This document shows positions 33,868 through 35,343 of a DNA stretch of 35,343 bases, piece after piece. The notes under the pieces were generated by a model that was given only the letters and a program-made list of their open reading frames with translations, did not search any database and was not told the origin of the DNA. Both the position numbers and the translations under genes were made by a program. Origin of the DNA: Octopus bimaculoides. Taxonomy: Eukaryota. The stretch spans positions 83,798,080 through 83,833,422 of the forward strand of contig NC_068984.1 in the NCBI RefSeq assembly GCF_001194135.2, read 5' to 3'. Position 1 is the stretch's first letter, and the number at the start of each line of letters is the position of its first letter.

Positions 33868-34627
33868 TGTAATGTCAATGTGCACACACAACAGAGAGTA
33901 AGTGCTGGACATAAGAAACATCGGATGTGGCATGCAAGAGAGATGTTTGCACTGGTATGGTCATGTACTACAGATGGATGAGGAGAGCTGTGTGAAGAAG
34001 TGCCACTCCAAAACAGTTGCAGGAATCCGGGGTAGAGGTAGACCCAGGAAGACATGGGATGAGGTGGTGAAGCATGACCTTCAAATGCTGAGCCTCACAG
34101 AGGCAATGACGAAAGACCGAGACCTCTGGAGAGATGCTGTGACTACGAAGACCTGGCAAATAAAGTGAGTTCACAGCTGTATCCTACACAGGTTTCACAT
34201 AACCAGCTCCAGCCCATTCAAAAGTACCTTGGGTGACCTGCTGTGCTTGAGAAGACCTATTGAATCAAGTACATCAATATCAAAATGAAAATCAAATGGA
34301 AATTATAGTTGTGATACCTGTGCCGGTGGCACGTAAAAAGCACCATTCAAACGTGGCAGATGCCAGCACCGCCTTTACTGGCTTCCATGCCAGTGGCACA
34401 TAAACCGATCATGGCCACTGCCAGCCCGTTCTGGCCCCTGTGCTGGTGGCACATAAAAAGCACCCACTATACTCAGAGTGGTTGGCGTTGGGAAGAGCAT
34501 TCAGTTGTAGAAACACTGCCAGATCAGACTGGAGCCTGGTGCAGCCTCCTGGCTTCCAGACCCCAGTCAAACCATTCAACCCATGCTAGCATGGAAAACG
34601 GACATTAAACAATGATGATGATGATGA
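33868..34627 (+). mobile_element. 5'-truncated RTE LINE: ORF C-terminus, 3' region with 2-3 units, tail, (GAT)n
   Basis: ORF 33902-34168 contains ERCLHWYGHVLQMDEESCVKKC...GRGRPRKTWDEVVKHDL...DRDLWR. Tail ccatgctagcatggaaaacggacattaaacaatgatgatg. Confidence 0.92.
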
Positions 34628-35108
34628 CCTTCAGAGTTGTTACCTAGTATTCTTCACTTTACATCAGGTAAAACTATGGAAGAAAATCGAAGACATAATC
34701 TATTCATAATATTATTGTGGTACTACTATACAGCTACTTTGGTAAAATTTTAACAAATTTTGATATGCAGTATTCCATCCTTGCTATGTTCAGAACTTAG
34801 AACATAAAGAGTTAGAACAAATGCTGCAAACCTATTTTACTTTCAATGTTCTAATGGTTCTGCCATCTTGCCACCAAAAATATAAATAATGTTATTATCT
34901 TTAATAGATTATGTCTTTGACTTCCTTCCATAGTTCATCAGTCAATTGTCTTACAAATAATTTAAATTTTGTCTTCCATTTCATTCCACAGATAATTACA
35001 GAAGTAAAATATAAACAAATATGAAATGTTTGATTTAGCAGATGACAATCAATTGTACTAAAGTGCAAACGTTAAGTGATTGACATTTTTTTTCTTTTTA
35101 AATATATA

Positions 35109-35343
35109 TCATCATCATCATCATCATCATCGTTTAACGTCCGCTTTCCATGCTAGCATGGGTTGGACGATTTGACTGAGGACTGGTGAAACCGGATGGC
35201 AACACCAGGCTCCAATCTAATTTGGCAGAGTTTCTACAGCTGGATGCCCTTCCTAATGCCAACCACTCAGAGAGTGTAGTGGGTGCTTTTACGTGTCACC
35301 CGCACGAAAACGGCCACGCTCGAAATGGTGTCTTTTATGTGCC
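35109..35343 (-). mobile_element. Young RTE 3' end, runs off the right edge
   Basis: (CAT)n then cgtttaacgtccgctttccatgctagcatgg...; about five substitutions relative to 9058-9292 by hand alignment. Confidence 0.92.

Overview
AT-rich eukaryotic DNA dense in repeats. The repeat families resemble those I recall from coleoid cephalopods (octopus), but this is inferred and not verified by a search. About 40% of the window, summing my annotated intervals, is transposon-derived. This includes many RTE-type LINE fragments, three tRNA-headed SINE families, two adjacent piggyBac remnants, a mariner remnant and MITE, a Penelope-like remnant, and faint Gypsy, CR1 and R4-like traces. No complete gene, tRNA, rRNA or CRISPR array is visible. 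A few splice-site-bounded segments suggest a host gene on the minus strand; the best is 6327-6472, with an ATG-initiated 40-codon frame of unknown identity. Almost all ORFs in the supplied track are transposon remnants or noise, and the track misses an uninterrupted RTE reading frame at 2-322. The most interesting signals are: (1) a variable-number ~62-bp unit in the RTE 3' region that folds as a hairpin plus an H-type pseudoknot in several copies; (2) a minimal hammerhead-ribozyme-like motif in the Penelope-like remnant; (3) a textbook recursive-splice-site motif at 17163-17189; (4) a possible uORF/microexon architecture at the start of the host gene; (5) close inverted RTE copies that could form ADAR substrates. 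Coordinates of decayed repeats are approximate, and all family names come from motif recognition only.
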